A model generated the notes under the pieces. The model saw only the letters and a program-made list of their open reading frames with translations. It did no database searches and had not been told where the DNA came from. DNA of 64,000 nucleotides from Octopus vulgaris (Eukaryota), in NCBI GenBank assembly GCA_951406725.2, contig OX597830.1, positions 32,736,001-32,800,000 of the forward strand, written 5' to 3'. How positions within the stretch are numbered: position 1 is the stretch's first letter; every line of letters begins with the position of its first letter. Of this stretch, positions 14,840-29,262 are shown in pieces. Position numbers and translations under genes: made by a program.

Positions 14840-15430
14840 GTATGTATTTATGTATGTATGCCTGTTTTGTATGTATATGGTAGGTTATGTCTATCTGTGT
14901 GTGTTTGAGTGAGAAAGTTCATATTTTGCATCCTCTTCATGTATGCTCACTGGTTGTAAGCAGTCATCTCACTAAGAATATTAGACAGTGTTGTTTGCTG
15001 GCCATCCAATGTGTAAACATGTCCAGGTTTCTTGACATAACGTTGACATGTACAACCTTTGCAAACAAAGGATTCATTCAGACTGTGTTGTTTGTTTCCT
15101 GTTCTCTGTTAAGTCTTGTCTGGGTTTGTTTATTGCTTGATACAAGACTAAGAGATTATTGCCTCCCTTGGAAATAGTTGGAGAACAGTATGAAGAAGAG
15201 CATCCAGCCATAGTAAACTCTGCCCCAACAACTTCTGACTCAGCCATGCAAACATAAAAAAACTGGAGGCCTTAAACCAACAGGTTTTGGGATCTGATAT
15301 GCCATAAAGCTAAGCATTTTATAGATGAGAAACCCAAGGCAATCCCATAAACCGGCCTTATCTAACTTTATTTATACTTTGCTTTATAACTTAGAGTGTG
15401 CTTTTTTTCCAGATTTATGCTTTACTGATG

Positions 15431-15461
<31 letters not shown>

Positions 15462-15466
15462 CATAC

Positions 15467-15539
<73 letters not shown>

Positions 15540-15771
15540 CACACACACTTATGTACATATTTTTCTTTTTTTTTTATTTAGTTTCAGCTCACAAGCTGTG
15601 GCCATGCTGGGGCACCGCCATTTGGTGTCGCTACATGATTTTACTTCATGAATGCTTTTTAGCAAATGCCATCTGGAGAGAGTTCGATGCAGCTGCCCTC
15701 ATCTGCACCTCCTGCCGTGAAGTTGGTTCATCTGGGACACCTGAGAAGAAGAGATTCAGTTTCATTTTAAA

Positions 15772-15813
<42 letters not shown>

Positions 15814-15883
15814 CACTCTCACACACTTATGTACATATATACATATATACATATATATGTATATATATATATATATATGTGTG

Positions 15884-15915
<32 letters not shown>

Positions 15916-16564
15916 TCTTTACTACCCACAAGGGGCTAAACATAGAGGGGACAAACAAGGACAGATGAAGGGATTAAGTCGATTAGATCGACCCCAGTGC
16001 GTAACTGGTACTTTATTTATCGACCCTGAAAGGATGAAAGGCAAGGTCAACCTCGGCGGAATTTGAACTCGGAACGTAACGACAGACGAAATACGGCTGC
16101 GCATTTCGCTCGGTGTGCTACCGTTTCTGCCAGCTCACCGCCCTTTATATACATATATATATATACATATATATATGTATATATATATATGTTGATGTAT
16201 CCATATGTATATGTATATAAGTATATATAGTGTATAAACAATATTGAATGCACATACATGAGGTATGTGTTTTGCCAGTTCGTGGGCAGGTCGCAATTCA
16301 TAGGCATGAAAGAATATTTTCTCATCAATACGCCTGGTGTAAAAGCACCCAGAAGTCATAGAGAAGTGAGATAACTCACACCAATTCTGGTTGCAGGAGT
16401 GGTAGGCTTTAATGTTTCATATTGTTTGTGACTTATCCCTATCTCTCTTTCTCTCTCTCCCTCTCTGTATGTGTATATATATGCTGTATGTGTATATATA
16501 TATCGAGCAGTACCTCAGTTTTTGAACAACTCTGATTACAAATAAATTGTGCTTTATATATATA

Positions 16565-17168
<604 letters not shown>

Positions 17169-17182
17169 TAGATAGATATATA

Positions 17183-17386
17183 TATAAATACAGTGTACAT
17201 TTAAACACTTAAGAGGTGACCGTCATAGGAGACCTAGCACACTAGAAGGGGTAGCCAAAATCCAAACCACTAATAGGGATAAATTACGAATCTTTAATAG
17301 TGGTTTGGATTTTGGCTACCCTTCTAGCAAGCTAGGTGTCCTATGATGGTCACCTCTTAAGTGCTTAAATGTACGCTGTATTTATA
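17183..17386. repeat. About 200-bp near-perfect palindrome (foldback MITE)
   Basis: TATAAATACAGTGTACATTTAA...CCAAACCACTA is mirrored by TAGTGGTTTGG...TTAAATGTACGCTGTATTTATA; the loop is about 9-25 nt. Confidence 0.9.
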
Positions 17387-17668
17387 TGAATAATATATCG
17401 TCTATTGACTAGTTTTCTGCATGCTAGGCCAATGGCTGTAAAAAATTTCTTAAATTTTTTCCTACCCTGATATTTATTAATTATAGATAGATATAGATAT
17501 AGAAACACGATTTTTGCATGATCAGAAGCATTCATAAACCGAAGTACTACTGTATTAAGTACTACTGTATTAAAGGAATATGAGAACGACAGGAGATACA
17601 GTACGATCTATTCGTGATCAGAGTTTGAAAACTAAGGCTCTACTGTACATATATATATATATATATAA

Positions 17669-18174
17669 CTAGCAGTATCGCCCGGCGTTGCTCGGGTTTG
17701 TAAGGGAAATAACTATATAAGCATTTTTAGAGAGTTACTTCCCTTATAAATTCGGGCTTTCTTAGCCATTTTTGTTTTGGTGTCTTCAAGCCATGAAGTC
17801 GTTGTTCTAAAAGAACGCTGGTTTCCTTCACAACGCATTACGACGTTGATTTCCTTACACTCCCTTCCCCACAGCTTCACGAGGGAGGGAAGGGGAAGAA
17901 GCAAACAGGTGCAGCTGTGAGCGTGGACGCCAACTCCGCCGCCATCGACATACGATGCATTTTATGCATTAAAATGGAATAAAAAATTATGTTAAATTAT
18001 TTTTAAAATCGTAGACTCATCGTTGACGCGCGCTAATAGCCAGACGGGCTCGATATGAATCACGACTATAAGATACCCGAATTTGGTTAAACTGCACCGC
18101 AAAATGTGGGAGGAGTTATGAATCTAAATCGAAGGGGACAGACACTCACACAACTAGAGTTTTATATATATAGA
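17669..18174 (-). mobile_element. Non-autonomous Helitron, copy 2 (direct repeat of copy 1)
   Basis: A|TCTATATATATAAAA...CCCGAGCAACGCCGGG CGATACTG CTAG|T; highly similar to 16565-17116. Confidence 0.82.
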
Positions 18175-18351
18175 TGTGTGCACATAAAGTTTGGTATGTC
18201 TCTGTTAGGTTTGGATTCAATGCCATTGCACTGCACACTTCGGTAAGTGAACAGAGAGGGCTTATAGATAGATAGATATATAAAGAAAAAAAAGCATTCG
18301 ATTACATGCATGCACACACACACACAGACACTCACATATTTATGTATACAT

Positions 18352-18389
<38 letters not shown>

Positions 18390-18649
18390 ATTATGAGGTT
18401 TCTGCATATATTATACGGAAACTTAATATATGTAAAGACGTGCACTCCAGCATATACACAAATATAAACATGTATGTGATATTTATCATCCGAGAAATAA
18501 GTGTGTATTTTTTATGCATGTGCAAGGAAGGTGGGGGTGGGCAGAATAGAGAGAGAGACAGAGAGAGATAAAGATAGATAGATTGATAGAGAGGGAGGGA
18601 GATGGGTTTATTGTGTGGATTTACAAAAACATGTAATATATGTGTCTGT

Positions 18650-18713
<64 letters not shown>

Positions 18714-18816
18714 ATATGCATATATATATACATATATATGTATGTATATGAATGTATGTAAGTATATATATATAAGTATATATCTACAGAAATATATCCG
18801 TATTTATTTATTTATG

Positions 18817-18868
<52 letters not shown>

Positions 18869-19086
18869 ACCTACAGTCTATCTAGACACATTTAGATTTT
18901 TTGCATATATTTGCATAATAAAGTTTATAATTTCTCTCAGTAAAGTGTATATTTAGAAATATATGTCGCTATTACCTACATCCTTGCAATAATGTACATT
19001 CGTATTAACAGACACACACATACACGCACACAATAGTATATATATATATAAATACATAGCGGCGTACGCACACTTTGGTCTCTCTA

Positions 19087-19157
<71 letters not shown>

Positions 19158-19623
19158 TGTAGGTGTGTATGTTTATGTATGTGTGTATGTGTGTGTATTT
19201 GATTGGTTTTTATAAACATATATACATATACACAAATGTAAGCTTCAGTGTGTGTATGAACATATACACAACACAAATCTATGTATGTTTATTACTGTGC
19301 ATAATATATATGTGCGTACACAACCCGTCACATATATACACATGTCATTTTAATAAATAAATATAAACTGCGAAGTTGTAAAACCGTAGAAATCTTTTAA
19401 TCAATAATATACATACATTGCAATAATATACATACATCACAATTATATTATAAATACATTGCATTTTTTTTATCTATGTGATAAACTTGAACATCTAATT
19501 TACTATATATATTTATTTAATTTGATTTGTTATTTCTTTTTTTTTTTGCTTTCTTTTTAACCCCATTTCTGTGTCATCTAGATAAAACATTCATACAAGT
19601 GCCCCCTCACACACCTATATACC

Positions 19624-19660
<37 letters not shown>

Positions 19661-19946
19661 GGCTATTCAAATGTACATCATGCATACAAATATATATAAC
19701 ATACACACACATGATCACACATTCTCTCAAATACATACAGACATTAATGTATGTGATTATATGTGTGTGTGTGTGTGTGTCTATGTATATAAAAGAAAAT
19801 TTTAGAATTAACATGAAAATACTATGAATAAATTTTTTTTTAAAAATTGAATTTTTAATTTCATGTTTTTCCCTCTTTCTGTGTATGCATGTGTTATTAT
19901 TATTTTCAATGTAGTTGTTGCTATTATAGTCGTACCTACAAATATC

Positions 19947-19977
<31 letters not shown>

Positions 19978-20042
19978 CTATATCTCTCTCTCTATATATA
20001 TATATATATTTCTTTGGAATGTCTATTTTAACAAACAACAAC

Positions 20043-20083
<41 letters not shown>

Positions 20084-20966
20084 TAATAGTAATGCCAACA
20101 CCTTCTATCTAATACTGATAAAAAAAGTTAAAAAGAATTTTTCAAACTGTAAAGGCAATCACTGATTTATGTCGATAAGTATTTTTAGGAATTTTGGAGG
20201 TGGTTTTCTTCCACCAATTTATAAATGAGGTCCAAAAACTGATATGTATAAGGGGAAGCACTGTTGTTCATGCAAGTTTGCTTGATTTGGTGAGTAACAT
20301 TATCACAATGAACCTTATGGTAGTGTCTCTTTGTGGTTGCTCAGTCTGCAAGGAAATACAACCAAATCTTCCTCAAATTACAAGCCAATTGTCCTTATAA
20401 AACAAAAAACAAACTGAAAATGCACCAGCAAGGCCGTGTGGTAAGAAGTTTGTTTGAGAACCATATGGTTGTTTTATAATCATAGGTAGGTGGGCTCAGA
20501 AAGGGGTTTCAGGGAGTAGCGTTCCTGTCTTCCTGAGCTAGTTTTCCACCACATTTCTTAAAAATCGCAGTAAAGGCCTTGGTCTCGGGACCCCTCATGT
20601 CTAGAAACTGAGGTTGGGGGAAAGCAAGGGCATGCTCCCTGTAGAAAATTCCTGCTCTAAAAAAGCCTTATGATAGCAAGGAAGAATGGGCGCCAGCCAG
20701 CCTGCCAGCCTGCCAGCCAAAAGATTGGAGTGGGCTGCGGCTGCACCTGTCTGCCTCAGTTACTATGGCATTGAGCCACACCCGTTAACGGGGACAAAAC
20801 CTGGATTTAAAACATTGGATGATGACAATGATGATGCTGACGATGATGATGGTTTTAGGCTCAGTCCCACTGTGTGGAACCTTGAGCAAGTTTTTTTCTG
20901 CTATAGCTCTGAGCCAACCAAAGCCTTGTTAGTGGATTTGGTAGACAGAAAATGAAAGAAGCCTGT

Positions 20967-21014
<48 letters not shown>

Positions 21015-21277
21015 TGTGTCTCTATGTATAAAAAGTATGTGGATGTATCTTTATGCTTGTGCTTGTTTCCACTACCACTTGGCAACTGATGTTGGTTTGT
21101 TTACATCCTTGTAACTTAGCGGTTTGGCAAAAAGATACCAACAGAATAAACCTCAGGATAAAAGGAAATACTGGCTTCGAATTTGTTTGACTCAACCTTT
21201 CAAACAAATACGGCGACAGTCCTATGACTGAAACAAGTCAAGGAAGATACCTGCTAAAGTAGACTCCTATCTCCATT

Positions 21278-22951
21278 GAGGTCCTAAGCACTTAAAAGAT
21301 TTTGGTGCCCCCATATAAATGTAATTTAAAATATAAACAAAAATAAACCATAAAATAATTTTTTTTTTCCAAAATGAAACAAAAGCTATCGGTAAGATAA
21401 AAAATGATGTTGATTTCTGTGAACTTCCACATTATTTGTATTTGAAAAGTTTTCTCCAATTTTTTTTTTTAATTGCAAAATCTTTGATTGGATCTTTAAA
21501 ATCAATCTTATATAACACATCTGCTTCTGTAGTAAAGACAAGGCATCCAGCTTAACTTCTTATTTAGTTCTTCTGATTGGTTTTTTAATATACTTCAACT
21601 GAGCAGGCGGCAAACTAGTAGAAACATTAGCACACCGGGCAAAATTCTTAGTGGTATTTCATCTGTTTTTATATTCCGAGTTCAAATTCCGCTGAGGTCG
21701 ACTTTGCCTTTCATCCTTTCGGGGGTCGATAAATTAAGTACCAGTTGCATACTGGGGTCGATCTAATCGACTGCCCCCCCTCCCCCCCAAAAAAATTCGA
21801 GTCTTGTGCCTAGAGTGGAAAAGAATATACATCAACTGAGAAAATGAATGCTCAAATGAGCAATTTCTGACCATTAATGTTAGAAATATAATAATGGCAA
21901 TATCTACATTTGGAAAGACTCATTCAATTATCCTTTCTACTAAAAGCACAAGGCCTGAAATTTGTGGAGAGTGGGTAAGTCAATTTCATTAACCCCAGTA
22001 TTAAACTGGTACTTAATTTATCAACTTCGAAAGGATGAAAGGCAAAGTCGACCTCAGCGGAATTCGAACTCAAAATGTAGTGGCAGACGAAATACCACTG
22101 AGCATTTCACCCAGAGTGCTAATGATTCTTTTCTACTCTAGGCACAAGGCCCGAAATTTTGGGGGAGGGGACCAGTTGACTAGATCGACCCCAGTATGCA
22201 ACTAGTACTTAATTTATCGAACTCAAAATGTAGTGGTAGACAAAATACCACTGAGCATTTCACCCAGAGTGCTAACGATTCTTTTCTACTCTAGGCACAA
22301 GGCCCGAAATTTGGGGGGAGGGGCCAGTTTACTAGATCGACCCCAGTACAGTGGTAGACAAAATACCACTAAGCATTTCACCCAGAGTGCTAACGATTCT
22401 TTTCTACTCTAGGCACAAGGCCCGAAATTTTGGGGGGTGGGGGACCAGTCGATTAGATCGACCCCAGAAGATGAGAGGCAAAGTTGACCTTGGCGGAATT
22501 TGAACTCAGAATGTAAAGACAGACGAAATACTGCTAAGTATTTCGCCTGGCATACTAACGTTTGTCAGCTTGCCGCCTTTAGATTCATTTAATAATATTT
22601 ATTTCAGCAAGTTTGAAGAGATTTCTTTTCTGCCATAAACCATTTTACCATTTGTGGTGCCCCACCTCCCTTCACTTGATGGCTTAGCCCTTTAGCATTT
22701 AAACCGGCCATATCCAGCCCCAAATATTCTACCTGTTTTACTTTGAAGCTGACTAGATCCAGCCTCTCACACCTACCCTATAAAGCCATCCTAAAAATAC
22801 AGAATCTCGTCACTGAAGTCTGAAAGCTGCGAGATAACGCATGATTATTCTAAAACAATGTGAATAAATAAGTATTACATTTGACAAAAGTAATTTGAAT
22901 AATAATGGGTGAAGCACGTGTTTATTTTGCTTAATGGTTGATCCAGCACTG
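21278..22951 (-). mobile_element. Older copy of the same hAT family, interrupted by SINEs and a MITE
   Basis: 21280-21530 is the reverse complement of about 12890-13138; 22910-22951 matches the 5' end of the 12736 element. Confidence 0.65.
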
Positions 22952-23314
22952 CACCAACCTTCTAAAAAAATGAAAACAATTATTAAATATGTGATGGTCA
23001 TTACTGCAATCTATTGTATGGAACATAAATTACACATCGTTAAATAATAGTAAAGTAAAGCAACAACAAAAATATTAGCACGATAGAGTTTGTTGCTTTT
23101 TCAATCCATAGATGAAAACAAATTAGGTTCTATTAATGAAAAAAATTTAGATCTAACACTTCTAATGTTTCATCAGCAGAAACTGAATCGAAGTCAGTAT
23201 ATTCTGTTAAAATGCTTTGTCACTGTTTCAATCAATAAAGAATTTAGTAAAATAAATTGAGGTTGTCATCGTTAATCTATTGTATGGAACATAAATTATA
23301 CATCGTTAAATAAT

Positions 23315-23591
23315 AGTAAAGTTTATTTGCCAACAATGTGGCAGTCCTATATAAGGACGATGTTACTGTCTTTTAGCCCCAGGAAAACATCTTTTCCAGT
23401 TGGCTATCAGCGCACAACTTGTGCCCATATAGTATATGTAAGGGAGGTCATCATTCCCATCTCTAGCCTTACATGATACTCATAGACCCAGGTTTCTGAG
23501 TGGTTACCCATCTTCAGTGTGAGACAGTCAGCAGCTAGTGACATCGTCCCTGTATAGGACTGCCACATTATGTTGGCAAATAAACTTTACT
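23315..23591. mobile_element. MITE with about 55-bp TIRs
   Basis: AGTAAAGTTTATTTGCCAACAATGTGGCAGTCCTATA... and ...TATAGGACTGCCACATTATGTTGGCAAATAAACTTTACT are inverted repeats. Confidence 0.8.
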
Positions 23592-25315
23592 TTTCGGTAC
23601 TGTTACTGTATATTTCTCACACAGAAATTTTTTAAAATGTTAAATAATCCTTTCTACAAAGGGCACAAGGCCTGAAATGTTGAGGAAGGAGACTGCTTGA
23701 TTACATCGATCCTAGTGTGCACTGGTACTTAATTTAGCGATCCCAAAAGGATGAGAGGAAAAGTCAAGCTTGGCAGCATTTGTACTCAAAACATGAAGAT
23801 GGACAAAACACCGTTAATCATTTCATAAAGTGTGGAGGCACGTGGCTTAGTGGTTAGGGTGTCAGCATCATGATTGTAAGATTGTGGTTTTGATTTCTGG
23901 ACCAGGTGATGCGTTGTGTTCTTGAGCAAAACACTTCATTTCATGTTGTTCCAGTCTACTCAGCTGGCAAGAACGAGTAACGCTGCGATGGACTGGCGTC
24001 CCATCCAGCTGGGGCACACATACACCATTGAAACCGGAAAACCAGGCCCATGAGCCTGGCTAGGCTTTAAAAGGGCGCATTTATTTTATTTCATCCAGTG
24101 TGCTGACAATTCTGCCAGCTCATTGCCTTTACATAGATAATAAACATAAATATAAAAGGCACAGGTGTAGTATTAGGTGCTGCAGTGGCTGTGTGGTAAG
24201 AAACCTGCTTCCAAACCACATGGTTCTAGGTTCAATTCTAGTGTATGAAACTTTGGACAAGTATATTTCACTATAGCCTCAAAGTCTTGTGAGTGGATTT
24301 GGTAGATGGAAACTGAAAGAAGCCTGTTGTATACATATATAAATATATACATATCTGTGAGTATGTCTTTGTGTATGTGTTTGTCCCTCAACACACCTTG
24401 ACAACTGGTGTTGGTGTGTTTACATACCTGTAACTGAGCAGTTCACAAAATTTCGTAGATAGAATAAGTACCAGGCTTCCCCCTACCTATATATATATAT
24501 GTATGTATGTTCTTTTATTCTTTTATTTGTTTCATTCATTTGACTGCGACCATGCTGGAGTACTGCTTTTAGTAAAACAAATAAACCCCAGGACTTATTC
24601 TTTGTAAGCCTAATACTTATTCAACTGGTTTCTTTTGCCAAACTGCTAAGTTACGGGGACATAAACACACCAACACCAGTCATCAAGTGATGGTGGGGGA
24701 GAACAAACATAGACACACAAACTTATACACACACACACACGACAGGCTTCTTTCAGTTTCTAAGGCTATAGTAGAAGGCACTTACAGAGGGTGCCACACA
24801 GTGGGACTGAACCCGGAACCATGTGGTTGGTTAGCATGCTACTTACCACACAGCCACCCCTGCACCTATATATTTGAGGATTTCATAGCATGTCATGGGG
24901 ATTATACTAATTCTATTTAAAAATTACAAGCTTTTTCAATGCAGATATACACAAAGAGATGGAAAACAGTAAAATAGCAATAGTTTGCAATTAAAAGTAT
25001 TAAAATAAGGTTCAAAAAGAACCCCTGAAAATGTACCCAGTAGTTTTAGAATCCAGTAGATACATCAAATGTACAAGGTATTTATGTGAATGGACTAAGC
25101 AGAGTAGGAAGATATAGTGGATGGGAAGGGTCACTGAAGGAGTCACAGGTGTGTGATGAAAGATTTCAAGACAAGGGACATACGATAAAATATGAACAGT
25201 AATATATGGACAGTTCTATATTTCAGAGATGAGGAATTATGTACATTATTTACATTATTTAGATTATTTACATTTGACGGATATTTGTCCTCATCATCTT
25301 GTTTGTTGTTAACAT

Positions 25316-25388
25316 GGGCATATGGCGTAGTGGTTAAGAGCACGGGCTACTAACCCCAAGGTTCCGAGTTTGACTCCAAGCAGTGACT

Positions 25389-25459
<71 letters not shown>

Positions 25460-25612
25460 AATAACATCAAGTAGTACCTTAGGAATGAGAACCCAGGTTC
25501 AAAATTTCCCCATGACACCTGATGAAGGCTGGAGAGTATATCAGCCGAAATGTTGTGTTAACAACAAACAAGATGAGGACAAATATCTGTCAAACGTAAA
25601 TAATGTAAATAA
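25316..25612 (+). mobile_element. tRNA-derived SINE-like element: tRNA head + (AAT)n + hammerhead + A-rich tail
   Basis: A-box TGGCGTAGTGG (25323-25333), B-box-like GAGTTTGACTCC (25366-25377), (AAT)n 25391-25463, HHR 25513-25560. Confidence 0.7.
25513..25560 (+). ncRNA. Minimal type-I hammerhead ribozyme motif inside a tRNA-headed SINE-like element
   Basis: TGACAC-CTGATGA-A-GGCTGG-AGAGTATA-TCAGCC-GAAA-TGTT-GTGTTA: 6-bp stem I and 6-bp stem II (one G-U each). ATGT is one transition from palindromic ACGT. Confidence 0.85.
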
Positions 25613-25623
25613 AGTAATATATA

Positions 25624-25846
25624 GGTTAAGAACAAATAAGAAGCGAAGTGCAGGGTTGACAATCTGTTTTTATTAATGGAACGTTAGACATTCTAGAAAC
25701 TTCCAAGAGATATGGTAAGCTTCTTGAATAATTAAGAATCACGTCTCATGACATAGATGCTTCAAGAAACTTAGAAAAGGGAGGTTACTCTATAATCTTT
25801 CATGCAAGGGAGATCATTCAACTATTTAGCTACGTAAACCACTACA
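25624..25846 (-). mobile_element. Possible decayed LTR of an LTR retrotransposon
   Basis: Minus strand begins TGTAGTG, has AATAAA near its end and finishes ...CTTAACC (ACA expected); no partner LTR or TSD seen. Confidence 0.3.
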
Positions 25847-26895
25847 CACTCACAAAACCAGTAATAATCTCAAGCTCAACTTCATGGCCTCCACAACAAA
25901 CCATGGTCGGTGAAGAGAACATGCTGAGGCCTTGGTCTTGCAGTGGACTGAACACAGGTAATCCAATCCAGTTATGCAATATCATCGAATTTGGATTCTT
26001 GAAGAAATGCTGTTGCCCTGTATTTCATGGGGTATCATTGATAACCATGTCAGACATCATGTCAGATTCCTCTTGGAATCTGACAAACCTTTTTAAAATT
26101 TAAAGGTTGTTATTGCAAACACGACTGCCTGCACCCCACTCCCCCCATGAAAAAAGACTCACAAGAAATCACCTACTTTTAAAATTTGTTATCTTTTCTT
26201 TAGAATCTTTGCACAAGAATGCTGCCAGACAAAATCAACTCAAAAAAAGTCTTCCAATCAAGAAGAGAATGTACATGCAAACATACGCAAAAACTCACAT
26301 GCATACATTCATACATACATACATACATACATATACACGTTCATACATTCATACATACATACATACATACATACATACATACAAACATACATACAAAAAT
26401 ACATACAAACATTCATGCATACAAGCATTCATACATACATACAAACATACATACATACATAAATACAAATATACACACGTAATTACATACATACATACAT
26501 AAATAAAAACATACCTACGTACAAACATACTTACATACATGCACACAATCATGCATCCACGCACATACATACATGTACACATATCTGAGAATATACAACG
26601 CATATGTAAATGAGCAAAAAAATAGAATTAGCATAAGAATAGTACGAATAAATTACAAAAAAAAAATGAAATGAATTTCTAATTCCATGAATTTTTCTCC
26701 TCTCTGTATGTATGTTTGTTGTTGTTGTTGCTGTTGTTGTTGGAATGCCTAAAAAAAATGGTATGCCTAGAAGAACAGAATGTCTCCAAGATAATTTAAT
26801 TAATAAAATATATACGAGCTGCTGAGGTGCATCAAGTACAGAGTATGCACATAGGTATGCAGGATATTCATGTAAATGTTTTAGATATACATATA

Positions 26896-28195
26896 CAGTG
26901 TGCGAGGAGTAAATCGTCGCCATTCTATATTTTTAATTTCGCACATGCGTGTTATTTGTTTTTTGATTTTGTTGTCTACTCAGTATAGTAGGGTCAATTG
27001 GGCACCGTCTATAAGAAAAATAGCACCATGATGCAATTCACTCTGCCAAAAATTTAGAAATGACATGCAGTACTGCTTGGCATTCATGCCGGAAGCTCCA
27101 ATACAAATATTTCAGAGTATTTGGGTGTCAATCTGAGGACAGTTCAGAGAATTTGGAAAGCATTGGATGACTCTAATGGTAATTACGAAGGTACAGCAGC
27201 TTGGAAAACTCACTCTGATTGTTTTGATAAGAAAACAACTCCTGCATTTGTTGGTGAGATCCAAGCCATGATTGACAATAATCCCTCCAGGTCAATCAGA
27301 GCCATCACCTGGGACAAGGGAGTGTTTGAGTTTCTTATCAGGCAGGTAGTGCATGAAGACATTCGGTATTCATCATAGAAGTTGAGAAAGGGCCAGTTTT
27401 TATCCCAAGCCATCCAGGATAAGAGGAAAGACCATGCTATGAAGTTTTAGGACAAACTCAAGAATCCCCTCCAACCAAACATGCTTTGGTTTTTCTCACA
27501 CAAAAAGAATTTCTGACAGGAGATCAGATGCTGGGCACACAGAACAATTGTTGGCTTGCCATGTCCCCAAAATATGTACTGAGTGTGATAAAAATCAAAC
27601 ATCCAGTCAACATCATGTGTTTGGAGTGATCACTAGTGATGGCAACGTTATGCCTCTATTCATCTTCCCACTTGGCCTCAGACTCAGAACAAAGGCCTAC
27701 ATCAATGACCTGGATGAAGTAATGCTACCCTGGGTCAAGAGGATGGCTGATGGAACACGCTACATCTGGCAACAGGACTCTGCACCATACACAAGCAGGA
27801 GAACACAGTCATGGCTGTCAGATAATTTTGGCAACCAAATCACCCCTAACATCTGGCCACCTAATTCCCCAGACTGCAACCCCCTTGATTATTATGTGTG
27901 GGGCACAGTTGAGTGAGAGACCAACAAAACTCCTTGTAACACCAAAGTTGAACTGAAGGCAAGGATTATGGCAGCATTCACCAACTTAAACAAGGAGACT
28001 GTCCAGAAGAGTTGTAGGAGATTCTGAAGTCGTCTGGAGGCCGTGGTTGAAGCCAATGGCGATTTTATTAAATAAATTTGCTCTTTTGTATTTCAAGATT
28101 TTTTATGTAATTTTGGTAAATATATCTGTTTAAATGAGATGTCAGTGTTATTTCCATTTTTGCGTAATTTAGATGACAATTTTTTCCCCACAACC

Positions 28196-28197
<2 letters not shown>
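26896..28197 (+). mobile_element. Decayed Tc1/mariner-superfamily transposon, maT (DD37D)-like
   Basis: TA-flanked degenerate TIRs (CAGTGTGCGAGGAGTAAATCGTC vs CAGGTTGTGGGGAAAAAATTGTC). Broken transposase with an HTH-like segment (GVNLRTVQRIWK), WQQDSAP and WPPNSPDCNPLDYYVWG. D-to-D spacing is 36 residues here, consistent with DD37D minus one codon. Confidence 0.88.
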
Positions 28198-28236
<39 letters not shown>

Positions 28237-28804
28237 AAATTGTAGATACAAATATATATAGGAATATGTGTATTTATGTATGTATATAATCAAAAAGAGA
28301 AAAAGTCAGGGAGAGAGAGAGAGAGAAACAGACAGACAGACAGAGAAACAGACAGACAAACAAACATTTATATATACTAGTGATTAAAAATTAGTAATCA
28401 ATACAAAAATCAGAGTACTATTCATCATCATCATCATCATTATCATCATTGTCATCATTATCATCATTGTCATCATTATCGTCGTCGTCCTCCTCCTCAT
28501 CATCATCGTTGTTGTCGTCATCATCTTGATCATCATCATTATCATCATCATCATCATTGTCACCATTATCCTCCCCCTCCTCCTCCTCATCATCATCATT
28601 GTCATCATTATAATTTAAGATTTAATTTTCATGATGGTGCAGGGTTGAAAAGTTTGATAGGATCCATCATGCCACAGGGCTGCATCAAGCTCCATTCATC
28701 TATTTTGGCATGGTTTCTATGGCTGGGTACATTCCTAACACCAACCACCTCAGTGTGTGTACTGGATGCTCTTTTAAATGCCACTCAAACTAATGATATA
28801 TGGC

Positions 28805-29262
28805 ACTCATCTATTTGGAACTTGGTGTAATTAGTTCTCAGAGCTTGTTCCTAGGTGCTGCATATCAATGCCTCACTGCATCCTTTCAGATCACTTTTTC
28901 TTAACCATCTCTAAGGGTTGATCTTCTCTTTTCCTTTGGTTTCTCTGAGGTATTACCCATGCAGTGGTTTCCTCTTCCAGTTGTTTACTCTTTCTTCTCC
29001 ATCTTGTTTCTTAATTGTTTGTGGGTGCATCACATTTTTGGTGGGTATTGTATTGTTAATTCTAACAGCAGCAAGCAAGGATTCACTCTGCTCTTTGATG
29101 TACCATCCCAGGTTGTTCTTCTCATTGACAACACAGAGCTTACATTCTGTGAGACCTCTTCCACCCCTGTTTCTAGGCACACACAGTCTATCAGCATTGC
29201 TTTTGAGATGAAGTTCCTTGTTAATTGTCATCACTTTTCTAGCTTCCCTGTCCATTTCCTCA
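28805..29262 (-). pseudogene. R4/Dong-like retrotransposon remnant, post-RT region
   Basis: LHLKSNADRLCVPRNRGGRGL (HPKSD.DRLY..R..GGRGL type), WKRKPLHG, then WLRKSDLKGCSEALIC...EQALRTNY. Confidence 0.8.

Noticed and set aside
25316-25388. Functional tRNA gene
   Set aside because: Acceptor stem does not pair, the B-box is degenerate and there is no poly-T terminator; it is a SINE head. The same applies to other tRNA-like heads in the window.
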